A stretch of DNA of 64,000 nucleotides from Malacoraja senta (Eukaryota): contig JAXLNO010000630.1 of the NCBI GenBank assembly GCA_038087875.1, positions 186,001 through 250,000 of the forward strand, read 5' to 3'. Below, in pieces: positions 1 through 11,680 of the stretch. The translations under genes and the position numbers were made by a program. Numbering within the stretch: the stretch's first letter is position 1; every line of letters begins with the position of its first letter. A model generated the notes under the pieces. The model made no database searches and was not told where the DNA came from. It saw only the letters and a list, made by a program, of their open reading frames with translations.

Positions 1-75
1 AGAATGGCTCCTTCACCTCAAGTTCCTTTATCAAATCTGGTTCATTACATAACACTAAATCCAGAATTGTCTTCT

Positions 76-603
76 CCAACCTGAACCAACCTGATCTCCC
101 GGTCGCTGGACACTTTAATTCTCCTTCCCATTCCCACACAGACCTTTCTGTCTTCAGTCTCCTCCATTGTCAGAGTGAGTGAAGCTAAACACAAATCGGA
201 GGAACAGCATTTCATATTTTGCTTGGCAGCTTATAGCCCAGTGGTATGAATCTTGATTTGACCCACATCAGGTAGCCCCGGCATTCCCTCTCTCTCTCTA
301 TCCCTCCCCCACCCAAGTCACACCAGCTTCTCATTTTCACCCTACAAACAGCTTACAATGGCCTGTTTCCTTTATCGACGTCACTTTTTTACATATCTTT
401 CATTCATTGTACTTTATCATCCAACTTTTCCAGCACCGTCTATATCTCTTGGTTCCCTTATCCCTAAACAGTCTGAAGAAAGGTCTCAACCCGAAACGTC
501 ACCCATTCCTTTTCTCCAGAGATGCTTCCTCTCCCGCTGAGTTACTCCAGCTTTTTGTGTCTATCTTCGGTTTAAACCAGCATCTATAGTTCCTTCTTAG
601 ACA
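76..603 (+). mobile_element. Penelope-like element 3' fragment (GIY-YIG C-terminus plus pLTR with hammerhead-like motif); second copy at about 47312-47842
   Basis: Translates NQPDLPVAGHFNSPSHSHTDLSV..LH...EEQH.IF, homologous to the ORF at 11100-11469. Followed by a pyrimidine-rich UTR and CTGAAGA..GAAACGTC at 473-500. Confidence 0.75.
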
Positions 604-618
604 ACAAACAACCTGTTA

Positions 619-1209
619 AGGGCCTGTCCCACTTACGTGTCCTTGGCATGCAAATTACACGACCTCGTGGTCGTATTGAGCCAAGACGGTCGAGCGAAGG
701 TCGGGCGCGATTACATGCGTACGCACAGCCGTCTGGAGCGCGTGACATCATTTGATGATGGACACAAAGCTGGAGTAACTCAGCGGGACCGGCAGCGTCT
801 CTGGAGAGAAGCAATGAGTGATGTTTCGTGTTGAGACCCTTCCTCAGTCTGAAAAGAAGGATCTTGACCCGAAACATCACCCTTTCCTTCTCTCCAGAGA
901 CGCTTCCAGTCCCGCTGAGTTACCCCTGCATTTTGTGTCTACAATTTTCTTGGCCCCGCTCAGGGTCTTAGGCCTGTCCCACTTAGGCCTGTCCCACTTT
1001 GGCCGTCAGGCCGTTGGCGCGCGAAGATTTCGTTCACTGCAAGAATTTTGGAGCCCCGCGCGATGTCAGGACCAGCCCCGCACAACTCTATACACCTCCG
1101 CGCTTCTAAGTGGGTCCGGCCCCGCGCGGCCATTCGGTGCCCGTACGCCTCCAGCGACCACGAGGTCGCGTAATTTGCGAGCCAAGGACGCGTAAGTGGG
1201 ACAGGCCCT
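619..1209. mobile_element. PIF/Harbinger-like MITE (composite); copy at 47857-48521; an extra right end finishes at 8677
   Basis: About 55-bp TIRs starting agggcctgtcccacttacg and ending cgtaagtgggacaggccct. Flanked by TTA at 616-618 and 1210-1212, a TWA-type TSD. Confidence 0.75.
761..942. repeat. Short palindromic Penelope pLTR-derived insertion inside the MITE
   Basis: gacacaaagctggagtaactcagcggg...cccttcctcag is followed by its imperfect reverse complement ctgaaaagaagg...gagttacccctgcattttgtgtc. Each arm carries a degenerate hammerhead-like motif. Confidence 0.6.
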
Positions 1210-1553
1210 TTAGTCTGTTTTGGTTGCGCTGGTACTTAAGCTAATTAGAAACTCCTGCTCCATAATGAATCATTTTTTAAAGACTATTTACACACAGAAG
1301 AGAACTCCAATTCATGGCCTAGTGTTTTGCACAGAGTGAAGGGAATTTCAACAACCTTGAGGGGTACAAACCACAGCGATTACCCCCTCGATCTCCAAAT
1401 GTTGTACCAAGTGTGTTACTTTAAAAAATCCTAGACATTGCACAACAGGGATATGAAACCGGGGTGGACATACACAATTTTAATCTCGTATTTTAAACAG
1501 ATGGGCTGAAAGGCCTGTTGCCTTGCTGTATAACTATGATTTCAATTTCCACA

Positions 1554-1830
1554 TAGGGTTGCCAACTGTCCCGTATTAGCCGGGACATCCCGGATTTTGG
1601 GCCAAATTGGTTTGTCCCATAAGGGACCACCCTTGTCCCATATTTGACTGCTACTACTCGGGTCAAGGGGACTGTCCGGTTGGATCGCCGTGTCACCCAT
1701 CCCAACCTAGTGCAGCCCATGGAGTGCAGCAGCATTGCCTCGCCCGTGGCCCTGTCAGTCAGCAGCCCGGCCAGCTGACCGACCTTCGGACCTTCGCTTA
1801 CCACCGACACCACCACCCCTCCTTCTCATG
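1554..1830. mobile_element. Left half of the hAT MITE, truncated by the local duplication junction
   Basis: Nearly identical to 9019-9295. Starts with the TIR tagggttgccaact. Confidence 0.75.
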
Positions 1831-2028
1831 TTTCCGGTCCCGCTGAGTTACTCCTGCATTTTGTGTCTACAATTTTCTTGGCCCCGCTTTTTTTTTTTTT
1901 TTTTTTTTTTCCGTAAATGTTTTTTTTATTAGATTTTTAAACAAATGTACAATTTACAAGGGAGAGTAGAAAGGTCACCCAATTTAAAAAACACTTAAAC
2001 AAAATTATCAAATTAAAATATTAACATT

Positions 2029-5000
2029 TTAATCTATAATATATTCAACCTCCTGCGGTGACCAGCGTTCACAGAAGGCCTCCACAGTCCCCGTGGACAC
2101 CGCGTGTTCCCTCTCTAGGGACACGCGGGCACGGACGTAACCCTGGAAAAGGGGCAGGCAGCCGACCGCTGTGCGGCCATCGACCGCCCGCTGCCTGGAC
2201 CCGCGAATGGCCATCTTGGCCAGGCCCAGGAGCAGACCGACAGGGAGACCCCCTCCTCCCTCCCGACCCTCCCCCCTCTGTACCGGGTGCCCATAAATTA
2301 ATAGCGTTGGACTAAAATGTAGCCAAAACTTGAGGAGCAGCCCTTTCAGATACTCGAACAGGGGCTGCAACCTCTCGCACTCTATATACACGTGGAACAC
2401 GGTCTCTTCCTCACCGCAGAAATGACAAGCAGGGGAAGAGTCCGTGAACCGGCTCAAGTACCTATTACAGGCCACGGCTTTGTGCAAAACTCTCCACCCC
2501 AGGTCGCCGATGTAAAGGGGGAGGACTCCCTTGTAGAGAGACCTCCACTGGGGACCGCTCCCCTCGTCAGGTGGTAACACTGACCGCCAGGGTGTGTCTT
2601 GACGGAAGACGAGGGCGAGGAAATGGAGAGTGTGCAAGAGCAGCCTGTACAGTACACGCCTCTCCGCGCCACGGAATGGCACACTGGGCATCTCAGAAAG
2701 GCGGCTCATGTTGCATGGGGCCGGCTCTCGGGGAGGGTCCTGGGCCATGGGCCCTATGAACAATTCCGACTGAGCGGGGGTAAGCTCGTCCGGAATCGCT
2801 CCATGCACACGCCTCTCCTCGACACCCACCGTCACAGCCACGACACCCCCCTCCCCCTGAGGAGCAGGGCCCTGGCTGAAGGTGACTAAATTCCTGACCT
2901 TCAGGAGTTCACGGTAAAATCCAGGCAACTCCCGCCTAGCGCGTCGACTCATGCCCGCTACCGGGAGCCCTCCTGAAGGCACCGCCCCTGACGGAAAAAG
3001 TACGTCGCCAGCACGTGCCATTTAGGAGGGTAGTCCGAGTAGACGTACCTCCGCAGGGTCCTGAGTCGGAGAGCCGCCACCTGGGTACGAATACAGACCA
3101 GCGCCTGACCACCCTCCTCCAACGGGAGACTCAGAACCCCAGCAGAGACCCAGTGGTTCCTCTCACCCCAGAAGAAGTTGACCAATCTCCTCTGTAACAT
3201 GGTTATAAAATAAGAGGATGGGACCATAGTGGCCATCCGGTACCACAGCAGAGAGGCCACTAGCTGGTTTATAACTACAGCCCTGCCCCGGTAAGAGAGC
3301 ACACCAAGTAGGCCGGACCAACGTCCCAGCCGGGCGACGACTTTCGCCTCCAGCTCCTGCCAGTTCGCCGGCCACCCCTCCTCAGCGGGACTCAGGTTAG
3401 ACCCCAGATAGAGGAGGTGCGTGGTACTCCACGCAAAACCTGCCATCTCCTCCGGCAGGGAGTCCACCTGCCACCCACCCATCAAGAGACCAGAACACTT
3501 CCCCCAGTTGATCCTGGCGGAGGATGCAGCCGAGAAAACCTGCTGGCACTCACGCATCCTCCACAGGTCAACAGGGTCGGTGAACATCAGAAGGACATAA
3601 TCGGCGTAGGCCGAGAGAACCACCTCCATCCCCGGCCCCGGTAAAGCCAGGCCTGTCAACCGCCTCCGGAGAAGGCACAGGAAAGGCTCAACACAGATGG
3701 AATACAGCTGGCCGGACATGGGACATCCCTGACGAACCCCCCTCCCAAAGGGAATGGGGGCCAACAAAGAGCCGTTGACCTTAATAAGGCATTCTGCAGC
3801 AGTATATAACAGTCGGACCCAGGCCACAAAATACGGTCCAAATCCGAACGCCTGCTGAGTCCCAAGAAGGTAGTCGTGCTCCACCCTGTCAAACGCCTTC
3901 TCCTGGTCGAGGGAGAGAAAGGCGACCGACTGACCAGCCCCCTGGGACAGATGGATCAGGTCCCGGAGCAGATGGATATTGTCCTGGATGGACCGGCCCG
4001 GGACTGTGTACGACTGGTCAGGGTGGATCACCTGGGACAGCATGGGACCCAGGCGATTCGCCAATGCCCGTGCAAAGACTTTATAGTCCGTGCTGAGGAG
4101 AGAGACCGGGCGCCAGTTCTTCAAAAGGCGAAGATCGCCCTTCTTGGGCAGCAGGACAACAACTGCCCTGCGCCAAGAGAAAGGCATCACCCCGGTCGCC
4201 AGGCTCGCCCCCAGGACCTTCATATAGTCGCCCCCCAGGACATCCCAGAAGGCTCTAAGGTACTCCACAGTCATCCCATCCAGCCCTGGAGACTTACCCC
4301 TCCTGAGCTGGTGCAGGGCAACAGTCAACTCCTCCAGAGTTAGGGGATCATCCAGGCGTTCTGCCACATCATTGCACACAGCGGGTAAGCCCTCCCACAG
4401 GACTTCTTGTGCCTCCCCACTCGATGTGCCAGCCGAGAACAGAGTCCTGTAGAACGACCGAACTGAGGCACCAATGCTCTCTAGATCTGTGACAGAGGAG
4501 CCATCATCCGCAAGCAACTATACAAGCTGCCTGCGGGCTCCTCGCCCCTTCTCCAGAGAAAAGAAAAAGGGGGAGGCGCGGTCCAGGTCGTGCAACATCT
4601 GGACCCGCGACCTCACATACGCACCCCGGGACCTCCTAAGCTGCAAGTCCCTCAGTGCTCCCTTCTTCTCCTGGTATTCCACCCACTCACACGAAGCCCC
4701 ACCAGTCTGATCCAGACGAGCCTCCGAGTCGAGCAACTCTCTCTCAAGCCGTCCGATCTCGGAGTCCCGCGCCTTGGTCGACCCCCTCGCATAGTCCTGG
4801 CAAAACAGACGGACGTAGGTCTTCCCCACATCCCACCATTGCCTATGGGAAAGGAAACGCCCCTGCCTCTCTCTCCACCTCGCCCAGAACTGCCTGAATG
4901 AATCCCGGAATCGGCGATCCTCCAACAGCTGGCTATTAAAATGCCAGTACGCGGACCCTGCCCGTGTGCGCGCTGGGATAAAGTCCACTCGCACCAGGCA

Positions 5001-5679
5001 ATGGTCCGAGCATGGCGCCGGCTGCATGGAGGCTGCCGAAACACAGGAGACATAGGCCTTGGACACGTATAAATGATCAATACGGGAACCACCACCCTCA
5101 AACCTGTACGAGAAGGCGTTAGAGTCAGGATGGAAATTCCGCCAAGCATCTACCAGCTCAAAAGAGTCCACCATCTCCCTCAAAGTCTTTACTGCTCCCG
5201 GGTCACGCTGAACGCCAGAGCGATCTCTTGTCTCGAGGGCACAATTAAAATCTCCCCCAAGGAAAACACACTCCCCACGGTCGATAGTATTCAACAACGT
5301 GGTCACTTCCGTTGTTAAGCGCGTCTGTATTGCGCCGATCTTGGGGGCGTACACATTAACGAAGTGTAATGGCACGCCATCCAAGCGCACGGCCAGATAC
5401 AGCAAACGGCCTGGTACAACGTCCTGCACTTTGAGGATCTCCGGCTTGAAAGACGGGGCCAACAGGAAGGCTACTCCACTCGATTTGGAGCTGAGATGAT
5501 TCATGTAGACCCCCCCCTTCCCACTCCAGGAGCCAGGTGGGTTCATCACTAGCCACAGTGTGTGTTTCCTGCAGGAAGCTCACCGCATACCTCCCGTCCC
5601 TGAGCACTGAGAGATGGTGAAACCTACAGAGAGACCCCCTGCCCCCATTGATATTCAGGCTGGCTATAGTGAGCTTCAT
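2029..5679 (-). pseudogene. Tx1 ORF2 (APE endonuclease - reverse transcriptase - CCHC), disrupted
   Basis: Motifs MKLTIASLNING, FLQETH, NVYAP, GGDFN, SDH, KSPGLDG, NWRPVSLL, LDQEKAFDRV, GVRQGCPMS, YADY (normally YADD) and CHFCGEEETVFHVYIEC. Frameshifts near 5520 and 2990; in-frame TAG at 4518-4520. Confidence 0.92.
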
Positions 5680-7791
5680 TTTGAAAGTACACTAGATCTT
5701 TTACCCGTCCCCGGTGATGGATTGGAGCCGCCCCTACCCTTCTGCCCTCTCTTTAGGGCCTTAAAAAGCTCTTGGAACTGGCGCCTCTCATTTCTTACTA
5801 GCCCCGCCTCATTCCCCTTCTTCTGAAGGATGGCATGAATGGACTGCATGGGCGCCATCAGGTCCGACCAGCGGTCGACAGCCAAATCCACCTTGTTCCT
5901 ACTCCCTCTAGTGTCCTTTAAGAACTTCCGAAGTTCCCAGACTTCGACAAGTCGAGACACGGGGCCGCGGGTGGAGCAGTCCGTCAACTCACTGTCAACG
6001 GACTCCGCGTACCCTTCCTCCTCGCATTCAATGTCCGAGCCCGAGTCCAGAAGGTTACTACTCTCAGCCGCCTCGCTCACCCCTCCCTGTGAGGTGGGCA
6101 TTCCAGCCACATCACACAGTCCCTCCTCTGTCACCATCCCACCCCCAGGATCAGTGACAGGAGCAGGTACCGGTGCCTCTGACCGCGGCAAGCTATCTGA
6201 CAATTGGCCAGTCTCCTGCACTCTCCCATCGCCCTCGGATTGGGAACAGTGAAGTCAGAGCAAGTCTCCGGGCCTTGCTGTAAGCGGGTCTGTATGGAGT
6301 CTGACCTAAGGACACGATCCGAAATGATCTTGCCCTCCTCCGCACCCATGGTATCCGCCCCTGCACCATCTCCCAGAGAGTCCCCGTCCCCCACCACCAG
6401 GTGAATCACCCCACTTTGGCCCTCAGGGGCCGATGTTACTGGAGTCTCCCCTGCTCCCTCAACCAGTGGGGCATCACACCCCTCAACTGGGCTTGTAGCC
6501 TCAACGGGAATCTCATTTTGGGGACCCACCCGCTCACCCAAGTCCCCCCCTTCAGGCTGCCCCTGGTCATCCACTAAGCTAGCAGACGCGTTTTCTGGGG
6601 GAACAGCCCCCAAGAGCAATATATCGCCACTCTCAGGTGGTCCTAGACCTACAGAGGCATCCTCCCCCTCAGAGGAAACGTGCCCTGGGTACTCCACCTC
6701 AACAGGAGGGGAAAACTCCCCTTCAGGTTGCCCCTGAACTTCAGGCCCCTTCTCTGTATCGGAGGACCCATGCCTCCTCCTCTTCGAACCACTGACGTGC
6801 GGTGGTACGGTGAGCTCCATTGCAGAAGCCTCTACCTCCGCACTACCGTCTATCTCAGAGGCGAGCACGAAATTATCTGCTGCCTGGGGTCCCTCTTGGA
6901 GGTGATCATCTTCTAGGGGACCCGCCTGGATATGTTTCTTCTTTTTCTTGACTTTCCTCCCCTTCTGATGCTCCCAAACCTTCCCATCCACCCCACGCAC
7001 TTCTCCGGCATTCACCGCCACAGGTACGGGACATGGGGATGGTGGGGGGTTAGGGGTTGGGGGTAGGGGAGTAAAGCCTTCACGGGCCACCGTGGTAAAA
7101 CCAGCAGCCCCAGATGGGCCAGTAGTGTTTTCCCGTGCCATCATGGTGGAACTGGCAGCCCGGGTCCTGGGACAATTCTTGCGAAAATGCCCCACCTTTT
7201 TGCAAGCGTGACAACGCACTTGGCCCGCATTCCAGAACACGCGATAGGAGAAATCATCCACCTCCACCTCAAAACTCCCCTCCGTGTCCATCCCCTGTGC
7301 CAACTGTATATACACGCGACGCTTGAACGTATATATATGCTGCATCTCAGGATCGTCAAACCTGTACAACAGTTTGGTGAGCCCTAACCGCACCTCCCCC
7401 AGCTTCCTTACATGTGGGAGCAGGAGCGCATCTGGAACAAAAGTGGGAACATTGGACAGAATGACCGGCAAAACGGGACCCCCCATGGGTCCACCGCCAC
7501 GAAAATCCCCCCTGCTTTTACCCCCCTTTCCAGAGCCAGAGCCACCGCCTGTTCAGTCTTTAGTAGAACCACATTCTTCCCACTGACCACCGCGGCCGCG
7601 ACTATGGCTTTCTTGCCAACAGTCTCACCCAGCGCATCTAGAAAGGCCTTTAAGGGCAGGTTGCTCTGCATGTACATTTTTACTCCATATGTGCGCCCCA
7701 TCAACTCGTGGCCCTCAGTCTCGGAGACTTCCGACCGTGCGACAGCTGCATAACTCTGAGGGGCCACCATCTTTAGGGCGTGGCACAACAC
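5676..7791 (-). pseudogene. Tx1 ORF1 (gag-like nucleic-acid-binding protein with zinc knuckle), frameshifted
   Basis: SYAAVAR near the start, VILSNVPTFVPD, CHACKKVGHFRKNC and a C-terminal LRKFLKDTRG. Split across ORFs 7408-7791, 6131-7486 and 5676-6221. Confidence 0.85.
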
Positions 7792-9018
7792 ACAAAGTAT
7801 CAGTCCTTTATAATCAATGCAGTCTTTCTGCTATTGCTGCACCTCCACTCTTTTGCAGCAGTTAAATAGTCTTGTGAAGGCTTTCTTGGCAAGCAACAGA
7901 AGCAGTCTCCTCCTGATACGATAGGAATGTCCGTGCCAATCCTCCCCGTCGTCAAAAATGGAGCTTCCAGAGGCTTCTTCCCCAGGTCTCCGTCGCCTCC
8001 CTGGCTTCAACGAAATCCAAGGCACTGTTGCCGTTCTTACCCAGCCCACCTGGACCGGGCAAGTCGGTGTAGGAGGGAGCTTTCCGATGTTACTGAACAC
8101 AATCACCGCTCCAGTCTCAGCTCCCACGAACTCAAGTGTAACTTGGCCTTCCGCCAGCCACTACCGCTCCTACGACTTTCCAGATACACAGACAAATCCT
8201 CCCTAATTAGAGGAATCTTTGAACAAAGAAAGTCTCTGCAGATCGACAAAGCTCTGAACCTCAAAGTCTGACTGCTTTTGTTTCTCCCCGCCAAACAAAA
8301 CCTTCCGAAAAGTTCATCCAATCCTCCCCGCAAGCAGAACAGCTCCTCACCTGGCCCCGCTCTGGGAGTAGGAGTGGGGCCGGATCTGGACCGCAACGGC
8401 CGTGAGCCCCAGGCCGTGTTCGACGATCGTTTGCCTGTTTCTGCTGCTGTTGAAGGTGAGACGTTGCGTCGCGCCAGGGCTTTGGCTGTCAGTTACGCTA
8501 CAGGCCGTTGGCGCGCAAAGATTTTGTAAGATGTCAGGACCAGCCCCGCACAACTCTATACACCTCCGCGCTTCTAAGTGGGTCCGGCCCCGCGCGGCCA
8601 TTCGGTGCCCGTACGCCTCAAGCGACCACGAGGTCGCGTAATTTGCGAGCCAAGGACGCGTAAGTGGGACAGGCCCTTTAGTCTGTTTTGGTTGCGCTGG
8701 TACTTAAGCTAATTAGAAACTCCTGCTCCATAATGAATCATTTTTAAAGACTATTTACACACAGAAGAGAACTCCAATTCATGGCCTAGTGTTTTGCACA
8801 GAGAAGGGAATTTCAACAACCTTGAGGGGTACAAACCACAGCGATTACCCCCTCGATCTCCAAATGTTGTACCAAGTGTGTTACTTTAACAAATGCTAGA
8901 CATTGCACAACAGGGATATGAAACCGGGGTGGACATACACAATTTTAATCTCGTATTTTAAACAGATGGGCTGAAAGGCCTGTTGCCTTGCTGTATAACT
9001 ATGATTTCAATTTCCACA

Positions 9019-9526
9019 TAGGGTTGCCAACTGTCCCGTATTAGCCGGGACATCCCGGATTTTGGGCTAAATTGGTTTGTCCCATAAGGGACCACCCTTG
9101 TCCCATATTTGACTGCTACTACTCGGGTCGAGGGGACTGTCCGGTTGGATCGCCGTATCACCCATCCCAACGTAGTGCAGTGCATAGAGTGCAGCAGCAT
9201 TGCCTCGCCCGTGGCCCTGTCAGTCGGCAGCCCGGCCAGCTGACCGACCTTCGGACCTTCGCTTACCACCGACACCACCACCCCTCCTTCTCATGGTCGA
9301 TCATCGGTTCATGAGTTGGATAGGGTGCCGGACATTGTGCGCAATGTCGTTCGGGCTAAAGGTCCTCAGCTGGCCCGCCGGCTGGGCTTTGTGTGCAGTC
9401 CAGCACCTGGGCCAACTTATCGTTCATCCAACCACGGCTGAGTCGGTCAATGAATTGCCGTCGGGAATTTGTCCTGTATTTCCACTTTTTTCCCCTTATT
9501 TGGGAGTGAGAAAGTTGGCAACCCTG
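9019..9526. mobile_element. hAT-family MITE (508 bp); copy at 48866-49373
   Basis: TIRs tagggttgccaact / agttggcaaccctg. 8-bp flanks tttccaca (9011-9018) and ttcccaca (9527-9534) match at 7 of 8 positions. Confidence 0.82.
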
Positions 9527-9606
9527 TTCCCACAGGTAATCGCACTCTGCCTCAACTAGAAAGCTTCCTAAAGTCGGACAAGTAACTGCAACTAGTGTTT
9601 CCCCAT

Positions 9607-9958
9607 AAATGAGAAGAATAGATCGGGTAGATGAACAGAGTCTCTTGCCCAGAGTAGGGGGAATCGAGGACCAGAGGACCAGAGGACATAGGCTTAAGGT
9701 GAAGGGGAAAAGATTTAACAGGAATCTGAGGGGTAACCTTTTCACACAGAGGGTGGTTGGTGTATGGAACAAGCTGCCAGAGGAGATAGTTGAGGCTGGG
9801 ACTATCCCAACATTTAAGAAACATTAAGACAGGTACATGGATAAGATACTTTGGGAGGGGTATCGGCCAAATGCCGGCAGGTGGGACGAGTGTAGCTCGG
9901 ACATGTTGGCCGGCGTGGGCATGTTGGGCCAAAGGGCCTGTTGCCATGCTATATAACT
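9607..9958 (+). mobile_element. CR1-type LINE 3' fragment; copy at about 49454-49795
   Basis: Translates MRRIDRVDEQSLLP..TRGHRLKVKG..FTQRVVGVWNKLP, the CR1 ORF2 C-terminus. Confidence 0.75.
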
Positions 9959-10350
9959 AAATGCAGAAAGTGATTTTGATTTGACAGCCCACAAATTTCT
10001 CTGCACTCTGCTGATATTTTTCTCAATTCAGTTCAGTTTAGTTTATTGTCACGTGTACCAAGGTACAGTGAACAGGTTTTTGTGCTATCCAGTTAACAGA
10101 AAGATAATACATCCTTACGTTCGAGCTATATACAGAACAAGGTAAAGCAAGCAAATTCTGACCACGGAGAGTCCGAGTGTCACCAATAAGGTAGATAGTA
10201 ATTCAATAAGGTAGATAGCAACTCTGGTTGTGCAGTTGAGCAATTCCTAGACCAAGTGATGCTGAGAGAATATCACTGCATTATTTTGCGAATCATAGAT
10301 TGACACTGGATGATGCTGGAGTAACTCATCTCTAGATAGAAGGAATGGGT

Positions 10351-10378
10351 GACGTTTCGGGTCGAGACCCATCTTCAG
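10351..10378 (-). ncRNA. Minimal type I hammerhead ribozyme-like motif (PLE pLTR-derived)
   Basis: Minus strand reads CTGAAGA-T-GGGTC-TC-GACCC-GAAAC-GTC: a CUGANGA core, a perfect stem II, GAAA, a palindromic ACGT helix III and a GUC cleavage triplet. Confidence 0.55.
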
Positions 10379-10482
10379 AGTCTTTGTACATAATGTACAA
10401 ACTTGTGAGCATCAGAAAGAATTTTCTTTCAATAAATTACAGTGTAACTTTCAAAGCCCAACCCAAGAGCTGTTCTTACCTG

Positions 10483-11680
10483 TGTTAAAGAAGGAACTGC
10501 AGATGCTGGAAAATCGAAGGTACACAAAAATGCTGGAGAAACTCAGCAGGTGCAGCAGCATCTATGGAGCGAAGGAAATAGGCAACGTTTCGGGCCGAAA
10601 CCCTTCTTCAGACTGATAGGGGGTGGGGAGAAGAAAGGAAAAAAGGAAAAAGGCGGAGGAGGAGCCCGAGGGCTGGGGGAGGGGAGGAGACAACCAGAGG
10701 GCTGATGAAGGGGAGGGGACAGCAAGGGCTAGCAGAATTGGGAGAATTCAATGTTCAAGCCCCCAGGATGTAGACTGCCCAAGAGGAATATGAGGTGCAT
10801 TTCCTCCAATTTACGGTGTTGCTCGCTGTGGCCATGGAGGAGACCCAGGACAGAGAGGTCAGATACGGAATGGGAGGGGGAGTTGAAGTGCTGAGCCACC
10901 GGGAGGTCAGGTTGGTTATTGCGGACCGACCGGAGGTGTTCGGCGAAACGATCGCCAAGCCTCCGCTTGGTCTCACTGATGTAGATCAGCTGGCATCTAG
11001 AGCAGCGGATGCAATAGATGAGGTTGGAGGAGATGCAGGTGAACCTCTGTCGCACCTGGAACGACTGCTTGGGTCCTTGGATGACACTTGTCCCTTCACC
11101 TCCCCCCTCGACTCCATTCAAGGACCCAAGCAGTCGTTCCAGGTGCGACAGAGGTTCACCTGCATCTCCTCCAACCTCATCTATTGCATCCGCTGCTCTA
11201 GATGCCAGCTGATCTACATCGGTGAGACCAAGCGGAGGCTTGGCGATCGTTTCGCCGAACACCTCCGGTCAGTCCGCAATAACCAACCTGACCTCCTGGT
11301 GGCTCAGCACTTCAACTCCCCCTCCCATTCCGTATCTGACCTCTCTGTCCTGGGTCTCCTCCATGGCCACAGCGAGCAACACCGTAAATTGGAGGAAATG
11401 CACCTCATATTCCGCTTGAGCATTCTACATCCTGGGGGCTTGAACATTGAATTCTCCCAATTCTGCTAGCCCTTGCTGTCCCCTCCCCTTCATCAGCCCT
11501 CTGGTTGTCTCCTCCCCTCCCCCAGCCCTCGGGCTCCTCCTCCGCCTTTTTCCTTTTTTCCTTCTTCTCCCCACCCCCTATCAGTCTGAAGAAGGGTTTC
11601 GGCCCGAAACGTTGCCTATTTCCTTCGCTCCATAGATGCTGCTGCACCCGCTGAGTTTCTCCAGCATTTTTGTGTACCTT
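10483..11680. mobile_element. Penelope-like element inserted as an inverted (hairpin) pair of 3' ends encoding a GIY-YIG endonuclease fragment
   Basis: Arms 10517-11079 and 11119-11680 are reverse complements. Both encode FTCISSNLIYCIRCSRCQLIYI(G/S)ETKRRLGDRFAEH..VAQHFN..GLN. 15-bp TSD agctgttcttacctg at 10468-10482 and 11681-11695; empty site at about 50306-50320. Confidence 0.92.
11586..11613 (+). ncRNA. Minimal hammerhead ribozyme-like motif in the PLE right arm (mirror copy at 10584-10611, minus strand)
   Basis: CTGAAGA-A-GGGTTTCGGCCC-GAAAC-GTT. Confidence 0.5.

Larger units (their letters stand above)
1888..8351 (-). mobile_element. Full-length Tx1-clade non-LTR retrotransposon (about 6.46 kb), degenerate
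   Basis: Poly(A) tail (T run 1888-1910) with an AATAAA signal nearby. TSD tggccccgc at 1879-1887 and 8352-8360; empty site at about 48154-48163. ORF1 has a CCHC knuckle; ORF2 has APE endonuclease, RT and a C-terminal zinc motif. Confidence 0.93.

Noticed and set aside
10729..11469. Two overlapping opposite-strand ORFs (177 and 224 aa) as a bidirectional gene
   Set aside because: They result from the palindrome. Their N-terminal halves are antisense read-through, and only the GIY-YIG fragment is real.
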